From positions 2,503,275-2,567,274 of the forward strand of contig OW818690.1 in assembly GCA_942493315.1 (NCBI GenBank): a stretch of DNA of 64,000 bases, read 5' to 3'. The translations under genes were made by a program, and so were the position numbers. The notes beneath the pieces are model-generated. The model made no database searches and was not told the DNA's origin. It was given only the letters and a program-made list of their open reading frames with translations. Shown piece after piece: positions 1 through 9,269 of this stretch; within the stretch, counting starts at the first letter, position 1, and the number at the start of each line of letters is the position of its first letter. The stretch comes from an uncultured Bacteroidota bacterium. Its GTDB lineage: Bacteria > Bacteroidota > Bacteroidia > Bacteroidales > WCHB1-69.

Positions 1-1014
1 TCTTTGAGAAAAATGGGATTTGATTCTGTTTTAGACACCGATTTTACGGCTGACTTAACAATCATTGAAGAGGGAACAGAATTACTTAATCGCTTGAAAA
101 AAGCTTTAGTTGACGGAGATAAATCAGTTGCATTACCTATGATGACCTCCTGTTCTCCAGGTTGGGTAAAATTCATTGAACATGCATTTCCTGAATTGTT
201 GCCAAATTTATCAACTTGTAAATCTCCTCAACAAATGTTTGGTGCTTTAGCTAAAACATTCTATGCTGAGAAAAAAGGGATCGATCCAAAAGATATGGTA
301 AGTGTTTCAATCATGCCTTGTACTGCTAAAAAGTTTGAAGCAAATCGTCCAGAAATGCGCGATAGTGGTTTTAAAGATGTTGACTATGTACTTACAACCC
401 GTGAATTATCTTCTATGATTCGCCAATCCGGTATCGCTGTTAGAACTTTGGAAGATGAAGCTTATGATAGTATCATGGGTGTATCTACCGGTGCCGGTGT
501 TATTTTCGGTGTAACAGGAGGTGTAATGGAAGCTGCTATCCGTACTGTTTATGAATTAGTAACCGGAAGAGAGATTCCATTCGATGGATTAAGAGTTCTT
601 CCTGTTCGTGGTATGACCGGCGTAAAAACAGCTTCAGTTTTGATCGAAAATGTAAAAGAAGAATACAAATTCTTGGAAGGTGTTGAACTAAAAGTGGGTA
701 TTGCTCACGGTTTGGCAAACGCTAGAAAACTGATGAATGCCGTTAGAGATAAAACTATTGAATTACATTTCATTGAGATTATGGCTTGTCCTGGTGGATG
801 TATTGGTGGTGGTGGTCAACCAATCCCAACCAATATTAAAATTCGTACCGCCCGTACAGATGCTACCTATCGTGAAGATGAAGGTATGAAGTTGAGAAAA
901 TCTCACGAAAATCCTGAAGTGAAAGCTATTTATGAAGAGTTCTTAGGGGAACCTAACGGACACAAATCTCATAAGTTGCTTCATACTTACTATACCGAAA
1001 GAAAGAAATACTAA
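1..1014 (+). CDS. hydA: [FeFe]-hydrogenase catalytic subunit, C-terminal H-cluster part (5' end outside window)
   Basis: Frame of ORF 4..1014 is open to the window edge. H-cluster motifs MPCTAKKFEA and EIMACPGGCIGGGGQP are present; the first motif reads TSCSPGW. A small-subunit-like C-terminal tail follows. Confidence 0.9.
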   Translation, partial: SLRKMGFDSVLDTDFTADLTIIEEGTELLNRLKKALVDGDKSVALPMMTSCSPGWVKFIEHAFPELLPNLSTCKSPQQMFGALAKTFYAEKKGIDPKDMVSVSIMPCTAKKFEANRPEMRDSGFKDVDYVLTTRELSSMIRQSGIAVRTLEDEAYDSIMGVSTGAGVIFGVTGGVMEAAIRTVYELVTGREIPFDGLRVLPVRGMTGVKTASVLIENVKEEYKFLEGVELKVGIAHGLANARKLMNAVRDKTIELHFIEIMACPGGCIGGGGQPIPTNIKIRTARTDATYREDEGMKLRKSHENPEVKAIYEEFLGEPNGHKSHKLLHTYYTERKKY

Positions 1015-1035
1015 AATAAGTATTAATTAATTGGA

Positions 1036-1064
1036 AGGGATCTCTGAAAGGGGATCCCTTTTTT
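1036..1064 (+). terminator. Rho-independent terminator after hydA
   Basis: AGGGATC (1036-1042) pairs with GATCCCT (1053-1059) and is followed by a T-run, 22 nt after the stop codon. Confidence 0.7.
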
Positions 1065-1159
1065 AGTTAATAGTTAATAGTTAATAATGAATAATGAATA
1101 ATGAAGAATACTATTCGTCGAACGTCGAACTTTTAACGTCGAACTTTTAACATCGAACG
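1064..1159. repeat. Short tandem repeat mosaic (TAGTTAA x3, TAATGAA x3, CGTCGAAC(TTTTAA) x3-4)
   Basis: Read directly from the sequence; lies in a convergent intergenic region. Confidence 0.85.
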
Positions 1160-2200
1160 TTATTGTTTGATTATCTTCCTGATAACTTCAGATTTTCCGT
1201 CAGAAAGGGAAATAAAGTAAATACCTTTGGTAAGTAAGGGTGTATAAAGAATTCCATCTCCATCGAAACTGGATTGTAAAATCATCATTCCCATGATGTC
1301 ATATATTTTACATTGAATATATAGATGGTTTGGATTTTCAATCGTTAACCTGTCGTTAAATGGATTAGGATAAACTTTAACAGTGTTTATAAATAGGTTT
1401 TCAATTCCGGATATAGTAAATGAAATATGATTTGATGTATCAGATTCACAACTGTTGTTTGAAACTTTAACAAAATAGTTTCCGGAGATGATAGGTTGAT
1501 AATCTTGATTTACAGCTCCATTTATAATTCCTGATTCGTTATACCATTGGTTTCCAATCGTTGCATCCGAATGTAATGTTGTTCCATTTAGGGTAATCAA
1601 AGGTGTTGGAGGAGTACTATAGGGTGGGGTAGTGTCAATGGTGTTCGTATGAGTCCAGGTGTGCCCACCTCCGGAACATACCCACGAATAAAATCCCATC
1701 ATTAATCCTTCACCGTACCAGGGATTCATGTAAAATAACATATCTCCGAAGATGCCGTGTCCTACCACAAAATGACCACCTCCTTCGTCCCAGCCCCAAC
1801 GAATCACAAAAAGTCTATTATTTGCTATTTCAGTTTCCACCTGAGGTTTAGTCAATGAACTCCAAATTCCGGTATTGTTAATATTCCCAAAATGGATAAG
1901 AATATCCTGAATACTTCCCGGACCACCCCAACTGTAGTTCCAGTTATTACAAGAAACAGGATTCGTGCAACAAGGCGTATTTCCAAAACCAATGTCACCA
2001 AAAGTTTCAACAGTACGGGTATATTCTGCGATTTCACATTGTGGAGTTGTATGACAATAATAATCCAAAATACAAGCAGAAACACCGGACCAACACCACT
2101 GATCCTGTTCCTGAAACATCAACCGAACCGGTAAAACCTGAGCACGGATTTGAAAAACAAAAATCAATAAAACAAGTATTATAGATATCTTTTTCATCAT
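1160..2200 (-). CDS. Secreted papain-like (C39-like) cysteine peptidase with T9SS C-terminal sorting domain
   Basis: Signal peptide; QDQWCWSG (Gln/Cys) and GGGHFVVGHG (His) motifs; C-terminal VKVYPNPFNDRLTI...KGIYFISL...IKQ matches the Por secretion tail pattern. Confidence 0.7.
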   Translation of the reverse strand: MMKKISIILVLLIFVFQIRAQVLPVRLMFQEQDQWCWSGVSACILDYYCHTTPQCEIAEYTRTVETFGDIGFGNTPCCTNPVSCNNWNYSWGGPGSIQDILIHFGNINNTGIWSSLTKPQVETEIANNRLFVIRWGWDEGGGHFVVGHGIFGDMLFYMNPWYGEGLMMGFYSWVCSGGGHTWTHTNTIDTTPPYSTPPTPLITLNGTTLHSDATIGNQWYNESGIINGAVNQDYQPIISGNYFVKVSNNSCESDTSNHISFTISGIENLFINTVKVYPNPFNDRLTIENPNHLYIQCKIYDIMGMMILQSSFDGDGILYTPLLTKGIYFISLSDGKSEVIRKIIKQ

Positions 2201-2742
2201 TTTATCATTTTAACGATCTCAGAAAGGGGCAATTTTTGGTTCTTATAAACTGGGATGGGCTCAAAAAGAGATTCATTGTTGTCATTTTTAATAATGAAAT
2301 AATCTTTATGAAGGGTAAAAACACGCAAAATTCCCAGAATGGGTGTCTCTTTCGTATATTTTTGAATATCTTCCGCTAAAACAGCAGCTCCATAGTCAAC
2401 AATAGAATATGCTTCATTAGAAAACAAAACGGTAAACAATGCTCTATATTCATTATTGATAATCAATGGTACTCGCCAGGTATTGGAAAACTTTAAAGTA
2501 TCATGATCTAAATAATAAATCGGGATTGGATTACCAATAACTGCTTTATTGATTTCTGATGTATCACCAATATTGTAATAGGTCAGCATATCCATTGGAA
2601 TGGCCTTAAAAAAAGGTTTCATCATAACTTCTACCATCATTTTAGGTTCTTCCTTGTTATCTTGCAGAATTTGAGCTGAAAGAGAGCTAAATGTTAAGAT
2701 AAATAAAAGAGAAAAAAGGGATTTAAAAGTGCTGTTTTTCAT
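2197..2742 (-). CDS. Hypothetical secreted protein, co-transcribed with the peptidase
   Basis: ORF 2197..2781. The likely start is the internal Met giving signal peptide MKNSTFKSLFSLLFILTFSSLSAQ. Its stop overlaps the start of the downstream gene by 4 nt. Confidence 0.55.
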   Translation of the reverse strand: MKNSTFKSLFSLLFILTFSSLSAQILQDNKEEPKMMVEVMMKPFFKAIPMDMLTYYNIGDTSEINKAVIGNPIPIYYLDHDTLKFSNTWRVPLIINNEYRALFTVLFSNEAYSIVDYGAAVLAEDIQKYTKETPILGILRVFTLHKDYFIIKNDNNESLFEPIPVYKNQKLPLSEIVKMIK

Positions 2743-2899
2743 TGTTAAGAAAATTAAGAACATATATGTTTCAGAACACAAAAATAATAAAATGTTGTAT
2801 ATAAAGACTATTTATTTTCAATTAAAATAAAAACAATTGTATATGATATTTTTTTTGTTAAAAATTCTTAATTAGTATAAAAGATATGTTATATATTTC

Positions 2900-2907
2900 T
2901 ATCTTTG
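2900..2907 (+). promoter_or_regulatory. Bacteroidota-type -7 promoter box TATCTTTG
   Basis: Matches TAnnTTTG, 32 nt upstream of the ATG at 2939. Confidence 0.5.
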
Positions 2908-2938
2908 TGTTAGAAAAATATAACATAAATAAAACATT

Positions 2939-3346
2939 ATGAAAAAGTCTCTATTAGTATTTAGTGTAGTAGGTTTACTCATTATTGGGGTTGTAATCTG
3001 GATCACGACATCATCAACCATTTTAAAAGAAATTGATTTCTTACATCTGGGAATCATTATTGCTGTAGTGGCATTTGCGCTTTTCTTTGGAATAAAACGA
3101 TTTAAAAGTGAAAAAAGAAAAGAACCGGTAGAGGATGAAATGTCCAAAAAAATAGTGCAAAAAACAGCAGCCATTTCTTATTATTTTTCACTCTATATGT
3201 GGGTGTTTATCCTTTTTATTAAAGATAGAATTAATGTAAAAATGGATACAGAAGAGTGGATTGGCACTGGTGTTTTAGGAATGTCAATATTTTTTGCAAT
3301 AACCTGGGTTTTCATCTATTTTAAAGGAATTAAAAATGACGAATAG
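2939..3346 (+). CDS. Small integral membrane protein (about 4 TM segments)
   Basis: Hydrophobic segments in the translation; overlaps the start of the downstream HTH gene. Confidence 0.6.
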   Translation: MKKSLLVFSVVGLLIIGVVIWITTSSTILKEIDFLHLGIIIAVVAFALFFGIKRFKSEKRKEPVEDEMSKKIVQKTAAISYYFSLYMWVFILFIKDRINVKMDTEEWIGTGVLGMSIFFAITWVFIYFKGIKNDE

Positions 3347-3539
3347 AATAAAAGAGTTCAGAGCGAGGTTTAATATCACTCAGGAAGAGTTGGCTCAAAA
3401 GGTGAATGTGAGAAGAGAAACCATTGTTTTTCTGGAAAAAAACAAATACAATCCCTCCTTAAAATTGGCTCATGACCTAGCAGTTGTCTTTAAAGTATCT
3501 ATCGAAGATCTATTTTTATTTGATGATGACATTAAATAA
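3336..3539 (+). CDS. XRE/Cro-type helix-turn-helix transcriptional regulator
   Basis: [39 protein letters not shown] is a typical short HTH_3-type sequence. Confidence 0.85.
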   Translation: MTNRIKEFRARFNITQEELAQKVNVRRETIVFLEKNKYNPSLKLAHDLAVVFKVSIEDLFLFDDDIK

Positions 3540-3600
3540 ATCTATGAGCTAACTTTTTCTAAATCAGGTAGTCCAAAATAGGTACATTTATCAATTAAAT

Positions 3601-4752
3601 ATGAAAATTTTTCTTTCCTTGTTATTTATTTGGGCTTTCAGTTTTAACCTTTTTGCTGATCTGAAATATCATCCCATTAAGTTTGAACTATCAACAGAAA
3701 AAGAGTATTATTATGAAGGTGAAAAAATCACTTTTTTAATCACAATAACCAACACAGATAAGGAGAAAACACACCCGGTTTTAATTCCCCATACCCAAAA
3801 TGTAGGTCAGAAATTGTTTTATCTGAACCTTTACGATAAAGCAAATAATACCTTTTTACTCCGGGCAACTGAAGATAAAATGCTGAAAATGATGGTTCAT
3901 GACACAGGATCAGTGAAAATTGTGTATTTGAAACCATTGGAAAAAATTGTGATTCCGATCTATCTTAACGATTTTGAAAACTATTATAGTTATCTTACGC
4001 AAAATAGTTCCCATCATAGTTTAGGAGTTCCCATTTTCGCCGGAATCTATAAAGTAAATGTTATATACAACCCTTATGGACTTGCTTTAGGTGATTCAAT
4101 TTATAATTATTATCACGATACCGAAACAGATCTTCCCATCAACGGGAAATTAGCGATGTGGTCAACCGGTGATCTATCACATCCCATGAATCTAAAAATA
4201 AGAAGAGGAAACGATACCATTGTTTCCATTGAAAGAGATACTTTTTATATCAAAACGGATGGCTATTATTACTACTATATGTCTGAATATGTTCCTACTA
4301 TAACAACTGATTTACGTTGTATACATATTTCCAATTTACCGGCAGATAGTTGTTCTTTGCCCAAAAACGAATATTTTTACTCCCATTTTACAGATCTTTA
4401 TGCTGAATATATGTCCCGGTTTGATGACGGAGATATTCGGGAATACCGGAGGTTTACCGATGATTGTCCTGATTATTTATATACAGAACGATATAATGAG
4501 CAGAAACAGAAAGTGTTATATCAACTTCAATTGCCTGATAAAAGATTTTACAGTGTATCCTATCTTCAACCCCAAAATTCTATCGAAGAGGAGAGTTATT
4601 GCATCCCCAACGGCACGAAATGTTCAGTAACCACTTACAGATATGACAAACAGGGAATATTAATCAAAAAGAAACAGATCGAAACAGAACCTTGTATTGA
4701 AATTGAACTCGAAGGTAAAATAAGAAGCTTAAAAAAAGTAACAAATCTTTAA
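3601..4752 (+). CDS. Hypothetical secreted protein
   Basis: Long ORF with an N-terminal signal peptide; no motif recognised. Confidence 0.55.
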   Translation: MKIFLSLLFIWAFSFNLFADLKYHPIKFELSTEKEYYYEGEKITFLITITNTDKEKTHPVLIPHTQNVGQKLFYLNLYDKANNTFLLRATEDKMLKMMVHDTGSVKIVYLKPLEKIVIPIYLNDFENYYSYLTQNSSHHSLGVPIFAGIYKVNVIYNPYGLALGDSIYNYYHDTETDLPINGKLAMWSTGDLSHPMNLKIRRGNDTIVSIERDTFYIKTDGYYYYYMSEYVPTITTDLRCIHISNLPADSCSLPKNEYFYSHFTDLYAEYMSRFDDGDIREYRRFTDDCPDYLYTERYNEQKQKVLYQLQLPDKRFYSVSYLQPQNSIEEESYCIPNGTKCSVTTYRYDKQGILIKKKQIETEPCIEIELEGKIRSLKKVTNL

Positions 4753-4798
4753 TTAGCAAATTAGCAAATTAGCTGTTGGGTTTTGGGTTTTGGGTTTT
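4753..4798. repeat. TTAGCAAA x2.5 followed by GGGTTTT x3
   Basis: Read directly. The same composite module recurs at 19037-19056. Confidence 0.85.
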
Positions 4799-4858
4799 AC
4801 TTTTTACTTCAAAAAAACTATTCATTTTTCACTATTAGTTATTCACTATTTGTTCATC

Positions 4859-4904
4859 CCCTAAGCAGCTCAACTTGCGGGGTACTTGGCCTCCGCCCTA
4901 ATGC
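4859..4904. repeat. 46-bp GC-rich module (copy 1) CCCTAAGCAGCTCAACTTGCGGGGTACTTGGCCT..CCTAA.GC
   Basis: 43/46 identical to 19436-19481. Confidence 0.85.
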
Positions 4905-5287
4905 GATGAGCTCTCAGTTTTCAGTTTTGGTATTTTGTTGAATTAGTGACTGTTGTCTGTTGTTAGCAGTTCGTAGTCTTTTTTTTAAAAAATTTATATT
5001 TGACAACTGAAAAACAAATACACTTTTCACTAATAGATGATAGAATTCTACCTTGTGGTGAAATTATAACATCTGAAACAGCATTTAATTGATTAACAAA
5101 AAATGTTTCTTATAAATAGCATTATATTAAAAATATGATTCTTTCAAGTAGCAAAAATAAATACAATTTCTGGGAAGTTTGCTGTGTATTGTCATCCCAA
5201 TAACATCCGATGCCGAATATAATTAATTTTTATACTTTTGCTAAGCTTTATGCGTTTAAAAATAGTAACCACTGAATACTTTATACC

Positions 5288-5989
5288 ATGAAAACTATAA
5301 ATATTTTAATCATCATCTTTTTCTTCACCCTGTTTTCTGACATTCAAGCGCAGAAAATCGATACAGCAAAATCCGCTTTGGTGAATGTTGTTGTAACCAA
5401 TTTTAATAATAAACCACAAAAAGGGGAGCAAATCCTGTTCGAAAGTGTTAAAACCAAGTTGATTTACAAAGGGATAACCGATTCAAAAGGAACTTTTAAA
5501 ATCTATTTAAAAGGGGGAGATACTTACAAAGTACTTATTAAAAGTGTGGGTGAAGAGGATGAATACAACACTTTTGAAATTCCGGCTCTGGGAGAAGGTG
5601 AGTTTTATACAGAGAGTACTCTAACGGTTCAGTTTGAACTTCCCCAAACATTCACACTCGATAATGTGCAGTTTGAAACGGGAAAAGCTTCATTGACAAA
5701 TACTTCCTACAAAGAACTGAATGAATTAATCGAATATCTAAAATTAAAAGAGACCGTAATCATCGAAATTGCTGGTCATACCGATGATGTCGGGGAAGAT
5801 GCTTCTAACCAGAAATTATCGGAAGCTCGCGCAAATACTGTTCGTAATTATTTAATTTCTAAAGGTATTGCAGCAAAAAGAGTGGTTGCCAAAGGGTATG
5901 GCGAAACGCAACCCATCGCTCCAAATACATCTCCTGAAGGGCGACAACAAAATAGAAGAACAGAAGTGAGGATTTTGTCGGGAGATTAG
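5288..5989 (+). CDS. OmpA-family peptidoglycan-binding protein
   Basis: Signal peptide; C-terminal OmpA-like domain (FETGKASL...IAGHTDDVG...NQKLSEARANTV...NRRTEVRIL). Confidence 0.85.
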   Translation: MKTINILIIIFFFTLFSDIQAQKIDTAKSALVNVVVTNFNNKPQKGEQILFESVKTKLIYKGITDSKGTFKIYLKGGDTYKVLIKSVGEEDEYNTFEIPALGEGEFYTESTLTVQFELPQTFTLDNVQFETGKASLTNTSYKELNELIEYLKLKETVIIEIAGHTDDVGEDASNQKLSEARANTVRNYLISKGIAAKRVVAKGYGETQPIAPNTSPEGRQQNRRTEVRILSGD

Positions 5990-6014
5990 TTTTCTGGTAT
6001 ACTAATCTAGTAAC

Positions 6015-6164
6015 ATAAACTATTCTTATAAAAGTAGGGTACTGTTTTGATCAAAAATCAACCAATTCGATATCTTCCATGATTTGAATAGGATACAAAA
6101 AATCTCAACCGTTTTTTATTAGAATATAAAATATGGAGTGAAATTGGTAGTTTAATCTGATTTT
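6015..6164. repeat. 150-bp direct repeat, copy 1
   Basis: Near-identical (2 mismatches seen) to 6597-6746. Confidence 0.9.
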
Positions 6165-6255
6165 TTAATTTAGTTTATGAAAATTATAATAATTTTACTT
6201 ATAAGAAGTTTAAGTAATGTTAATCCTTTATAATTAAGTCAAATACACTGAAAGT

Positions 6256-6558
6256 ATGTATCGTTTTTCATTTAAGGAGTTTTTAATCTATTGCTTTTTA
6301 TTTCTAGTTTTAAATTCTCTTTTGGTTATAGGTCTGGGATTTGTTTTTTCATTTCATGAAGAATTAAATGATCAAGGATTTGTTTATATTGTAATTGAAT
6401 CTATTTTAAATTTCTTAATTTATTTAGGATCAATATTTACTCAAAATCAGGATTCTATTTTTCTTAATTATATTCTGTCAATAATAATACTATCAGTATT
6501 GTTTTCATTGATAACTAGTTTTGCTATCAATTTTTTCAAAAAAAACCATTTTAAATAA
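6256..6558 (+). CDS. Small hydrophobic protein (100 aa), hypothetical
   Basis: ORF with three hydrophobic segments, bracketed by the 150-bp direct repeats. Confidence 0.4.
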   Translation: MYRFSFKEFLIYCFLFLVLNSLLVIGLGFVFSFHEELNDQGFVYIVIESILNFLIYLGSIFTQNQDSIFLNYILSIIILSVLFSLITSFAINFFKKNHFK

Positions 6559-6596
6559 CTTTGATAATCAATCAAAAATAAAGCCTTTTCCTACAA

Positions 6597-6746
6597 ATAA
6601 ACTATTCTTATAAAAGTAGGGTACTGTTTTGATCCAAAATCAACCAATTCAATATCTTCCATGATTTGAATAGGATACAAAAAATCTCAACCGTTTTTTA
6701 TTAGAATATAAAATATGGAGTGAAATTGGTAGTTTAATCTGATTTT
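6597..6746. repeat. 150-bp direct repeat, copy 2
   Basis: See copy 1; the two copies are offset by 582 bp. Confidence 0.9.
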
Positions 6747-6834
6747 CATCAAATTTATTTATTTGATTTTATTTTGTATTTTTGTATCGAAATAATCAAA
6801 TAAATAAAAATCATTTAATGTAACATTTTTGAAT

Positions 6835-7635
6835 ATGAAAAAACAAATAATACTCTTTTTCATTTTTATATCAATTTTAATTTCCAGCCTTCAGGCTCAA
6901 ATTAAGATCGAAATTTCAACAGAAAATAAAGATTCTGTTAACTTCTTCCAATTGAATGAATTTTATTTTGTACATCATATTTTTTTCGATTCCTTTTTTC
7001 TTACAGATCTCTATAAACAATTGAATTATGAAGAAATGAGTTTTATTGTTAATACTCTTTTATACAAGATTAACAATAAAGATGCAGTTAATGTGATTAT
7101 TAAAAATAAAAAATTTCCGGATGCACATTTGACCTATTTTGTGAAAGAAAATACTGACAATGGAACCCTTTTGGCTATGTTAACAACTTTCCATACTGAA
7201 AAAAGGAAGTTTACAAAAAAAATGGATCCTGAAAAATCATTAGCAAGATGGTATTTTGTTAAAGGGGATAAATTAGTATATCGAAAATTTTTATATTCAA
7301 AAGAATTAGAAAATGAAAAAAAAGAGAGTTCTTTATCTGACCTTATTGAATTTTATATGTTTGATAGTAATTTCGAAAATGATACATTGGTAAAACAATT
7401 AATCGATAGTGTTTTGAATAATAACAACGCATCCAAAGAAGATGTTTTTTATGCAAAGATTTATTTAGGAGAGTATTATTTGTTAAATAAAGATTTTGAG
7501 AATGCTGAAAAATCTCTTTCTGAATTGAAAAATTATTTTGAATTGAATGAAAACAATGGATTAGAATCTTATTATAAAGATATTGTAAATCTTGCAGAAA
7601 CCGAATTCGAAATGATGAAAAGATTACCAAAGTAA
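6835..7635 (+). CDS. Hypothetical secreted protein
   Basis: ORF 6829..7635. The ATG at 6835 gives signal peptide MKKQIILFFIFISILISSLQAQ. Confidence 0.55.
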   Translation: MKKQIILFFIFISILISSLQAQIKIEISTENKDSVNFFQLNEFYFVHHIFFDSFFLTDLYKQLNYEEMSFIVNTLLYKINNKDAVNVIIKNKKFPDAHLTYFVKENTDNGTLLAMLTTFHTEKRKFTKKMDPEKSLARWYFVKGDKLVYRKFLYSKELENEKKESSLSDLIEFYMFDSNFENDTLVKQLIDSVLNNNNASKEDVFYAKIYLGEYYLLNKDFENAEKSLSELKNYFELNENNGLESYYKDIVNLAETEFEMMKRLPK

Positions 7636-7649
7636 TCATTCGGGAGTAT

Positions 7650-8740
7650 TCTGAAACCTGTGTCAGTATCTTAGTTCAATCCTAATTCAAAGCCGTCAGA
7701 GCATTTGAATTAGGGTTGGACAAAGATACTGAATTATCGTAAATGTTTTTCATATCTTTCACCAAATTTTTCAATTAATTCAATTTGTATTGGTTTCCAG
7801 TTAAAAACTACTTTATTCCAGGATTTTTTATTGTACATAAGCGTTAAATAAAGTTGTTTAATCAGTCCTTTGTCATTGCTCCATCCTCCTTTAGATTTAG
7901 TTACTTTTCTCATGACTCGATGAACTGCTTCAACTGGATTTGTAGTATATATCATTCTTCTAATATTGGGTTTATAATCTAAAAATGGGATGAAGGAATC
8001 CCAATTATTTCTCCAATGATCGATCAACCCTTTATACTTTTTACCCCATTTTTCTTCACAAGATTCCAATGCAAGTTCAGCTTCTATTGCGTTTGTAGAT
8101 TGGTAAATAGCTCTTAAATCAGCACATACAGCTTTCATATCGCGATCACTGACAAAGCGAGTAGAGTATCTAATCATGTGAACTACACAGCGTTGTACAA
8201 TTGCTTTTGGAAAAACAGATTCCAAAGCGTCTTTAAATCCGGCTAACCCGTCAATACAGAAAAATAGAACATCTTCTACTGAATGCCCTCTTGCATAGAG
8301 ACTTAGAATAATTTCATCCATCCCTGTTGTTAACTCTCGCTCCCAGTTCTTGACCATGATCGGTTCATATTCTCCATTCCGATCTCGTGGGGTATTGATA
8401 GATAACATGCCGCCAGTACTTCTGACTTGTTTCTTTTTAAAGCCATTTTTTCTGTTATTCTTCTCTGATACAGATTCTTCTAAATAACTTTCCAATTCCC
8501 CTTCTAATGATAAATTTACCATTCTTTGTAATAAATCAGTAAAAATACCACTCTCTCCAAACAATGGATTGCCTTGATATAATCCACTGATCATGGCTTT
8601 TTGTTCATCTCTATCAGGTATAATTTTGTCAATTTCTTCTTGCAGTTCTTCCTTCCTACTTCTTCTTTTGATTGTCTTTTTCATGTGTCAAATTTGTTTT
8701 TTCAAAATTAATGTTTTTTCCTTTTGACACAGATTTTAGA
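7650..8740 (-). mobile_element. IS256-family element, internally deleted
   Basis: Terminal inverted repeats TCTGAAACCTGTGTC (7650-7664) and GACACAGATTTTAGA (8726-8740), 13/15 complementary, bracket the transposase ORF. At about 1.09 kb it is shorter than typical family members. Confidence 0.7.
7734..8684 (-). pseudogene. IS256 (mutator-type) transposase lacking a central segment
   Basis: N- and C-terminal family blocks are present (YARGHSVEDV ... DGLAGFKDALESVFPKAIVQRCVVHMIR ... TTNPVEAVHR). The roughly 90-110 aa normally between them, which carry the first catalytic Asp, are absent (junction ...SVEDV|LFFCIDGL...). Confidence 0.65.
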
Positions 8741-8765
8741 ATAGTCTCAATCATTCCTATTATTT

Positions 8766-9212
8766 GTTACCTGTTACCTCTTACCTGTTACCTCTTACCT
8801 GTTACTTCTTACCTGTTACTTCTTACTTCTTACTTCTTACCTGTTACTTCTTACTTCTTACTTCTTACCTGTTACCTCTTACTTCTTACCTGTTACCTCT
8901 TACTTCTTACTTCTTACTTCTTACTTCTTACCTCTTACTTCTTACTTCTTACCTGTTACCTCTTACTTCTTACTTCTTACTTCTTACCTGTTACCTCTTA
9001 CCTCTTACCTCTTACCTCTTACCTCTTACCTCTTACTTCTTACCTGTTACCTCTTACTTCTTACTTCTTACTTCTTACTTCTTACCTGTTACCTCTTACT
9101 TCTTACTTCTTACCTGTTACCTCTTACTTCTTACCTCTTACTTCTTACTTCTTACTTCTTACTTCTTACTTCTTACCTCTTACTTCTTACTTCTTATCTC
9201 TTCCTGTTACTT
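8766..9212. repeat. About 74 tandem copies of the degenerate hexamer [C/G]TTAC[C/T]T
   Basis: Read directly. Only two positions vary. Lies between the IS256 end and the operon promoter. Confidence 0.95.
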
Positions 9213-9219
9213 TATTTCG

Positions 9220-9227
9220 TATCTTTG
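9220..9227 (+). promoter_or_regulatory. Bacteroidota-type -7 box TATCTTTG
   Basis: TAnnTTTG match 43 nt upstream of the ATG at 9270. Confidence 0.55.
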
Positions 9228-9269
9228 CAAGTTATTTTGTTATTGTAAAACCAACAATTAAATAGTTCA

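Noticed and set aside
4778-4798. Telomere-like GGGTTTT x3 (also CCCTTAG x5 at 32165-32199)
   Set aside because: The resemblance to eukaryotic telomere repeats is probably coincidental. These are members of the general 7-nt-period tract family and are internal to a bacterial gene context.
8672-9265. ORFs 8672..9265 (197 aa) and 8764..9261 (165 aa) with LLPLTSY-type repeats
   Set aside because: They are simply translations of the hexamer array. They have no start context and no non-repetitive sequence, and two overlapping frames are equally open.
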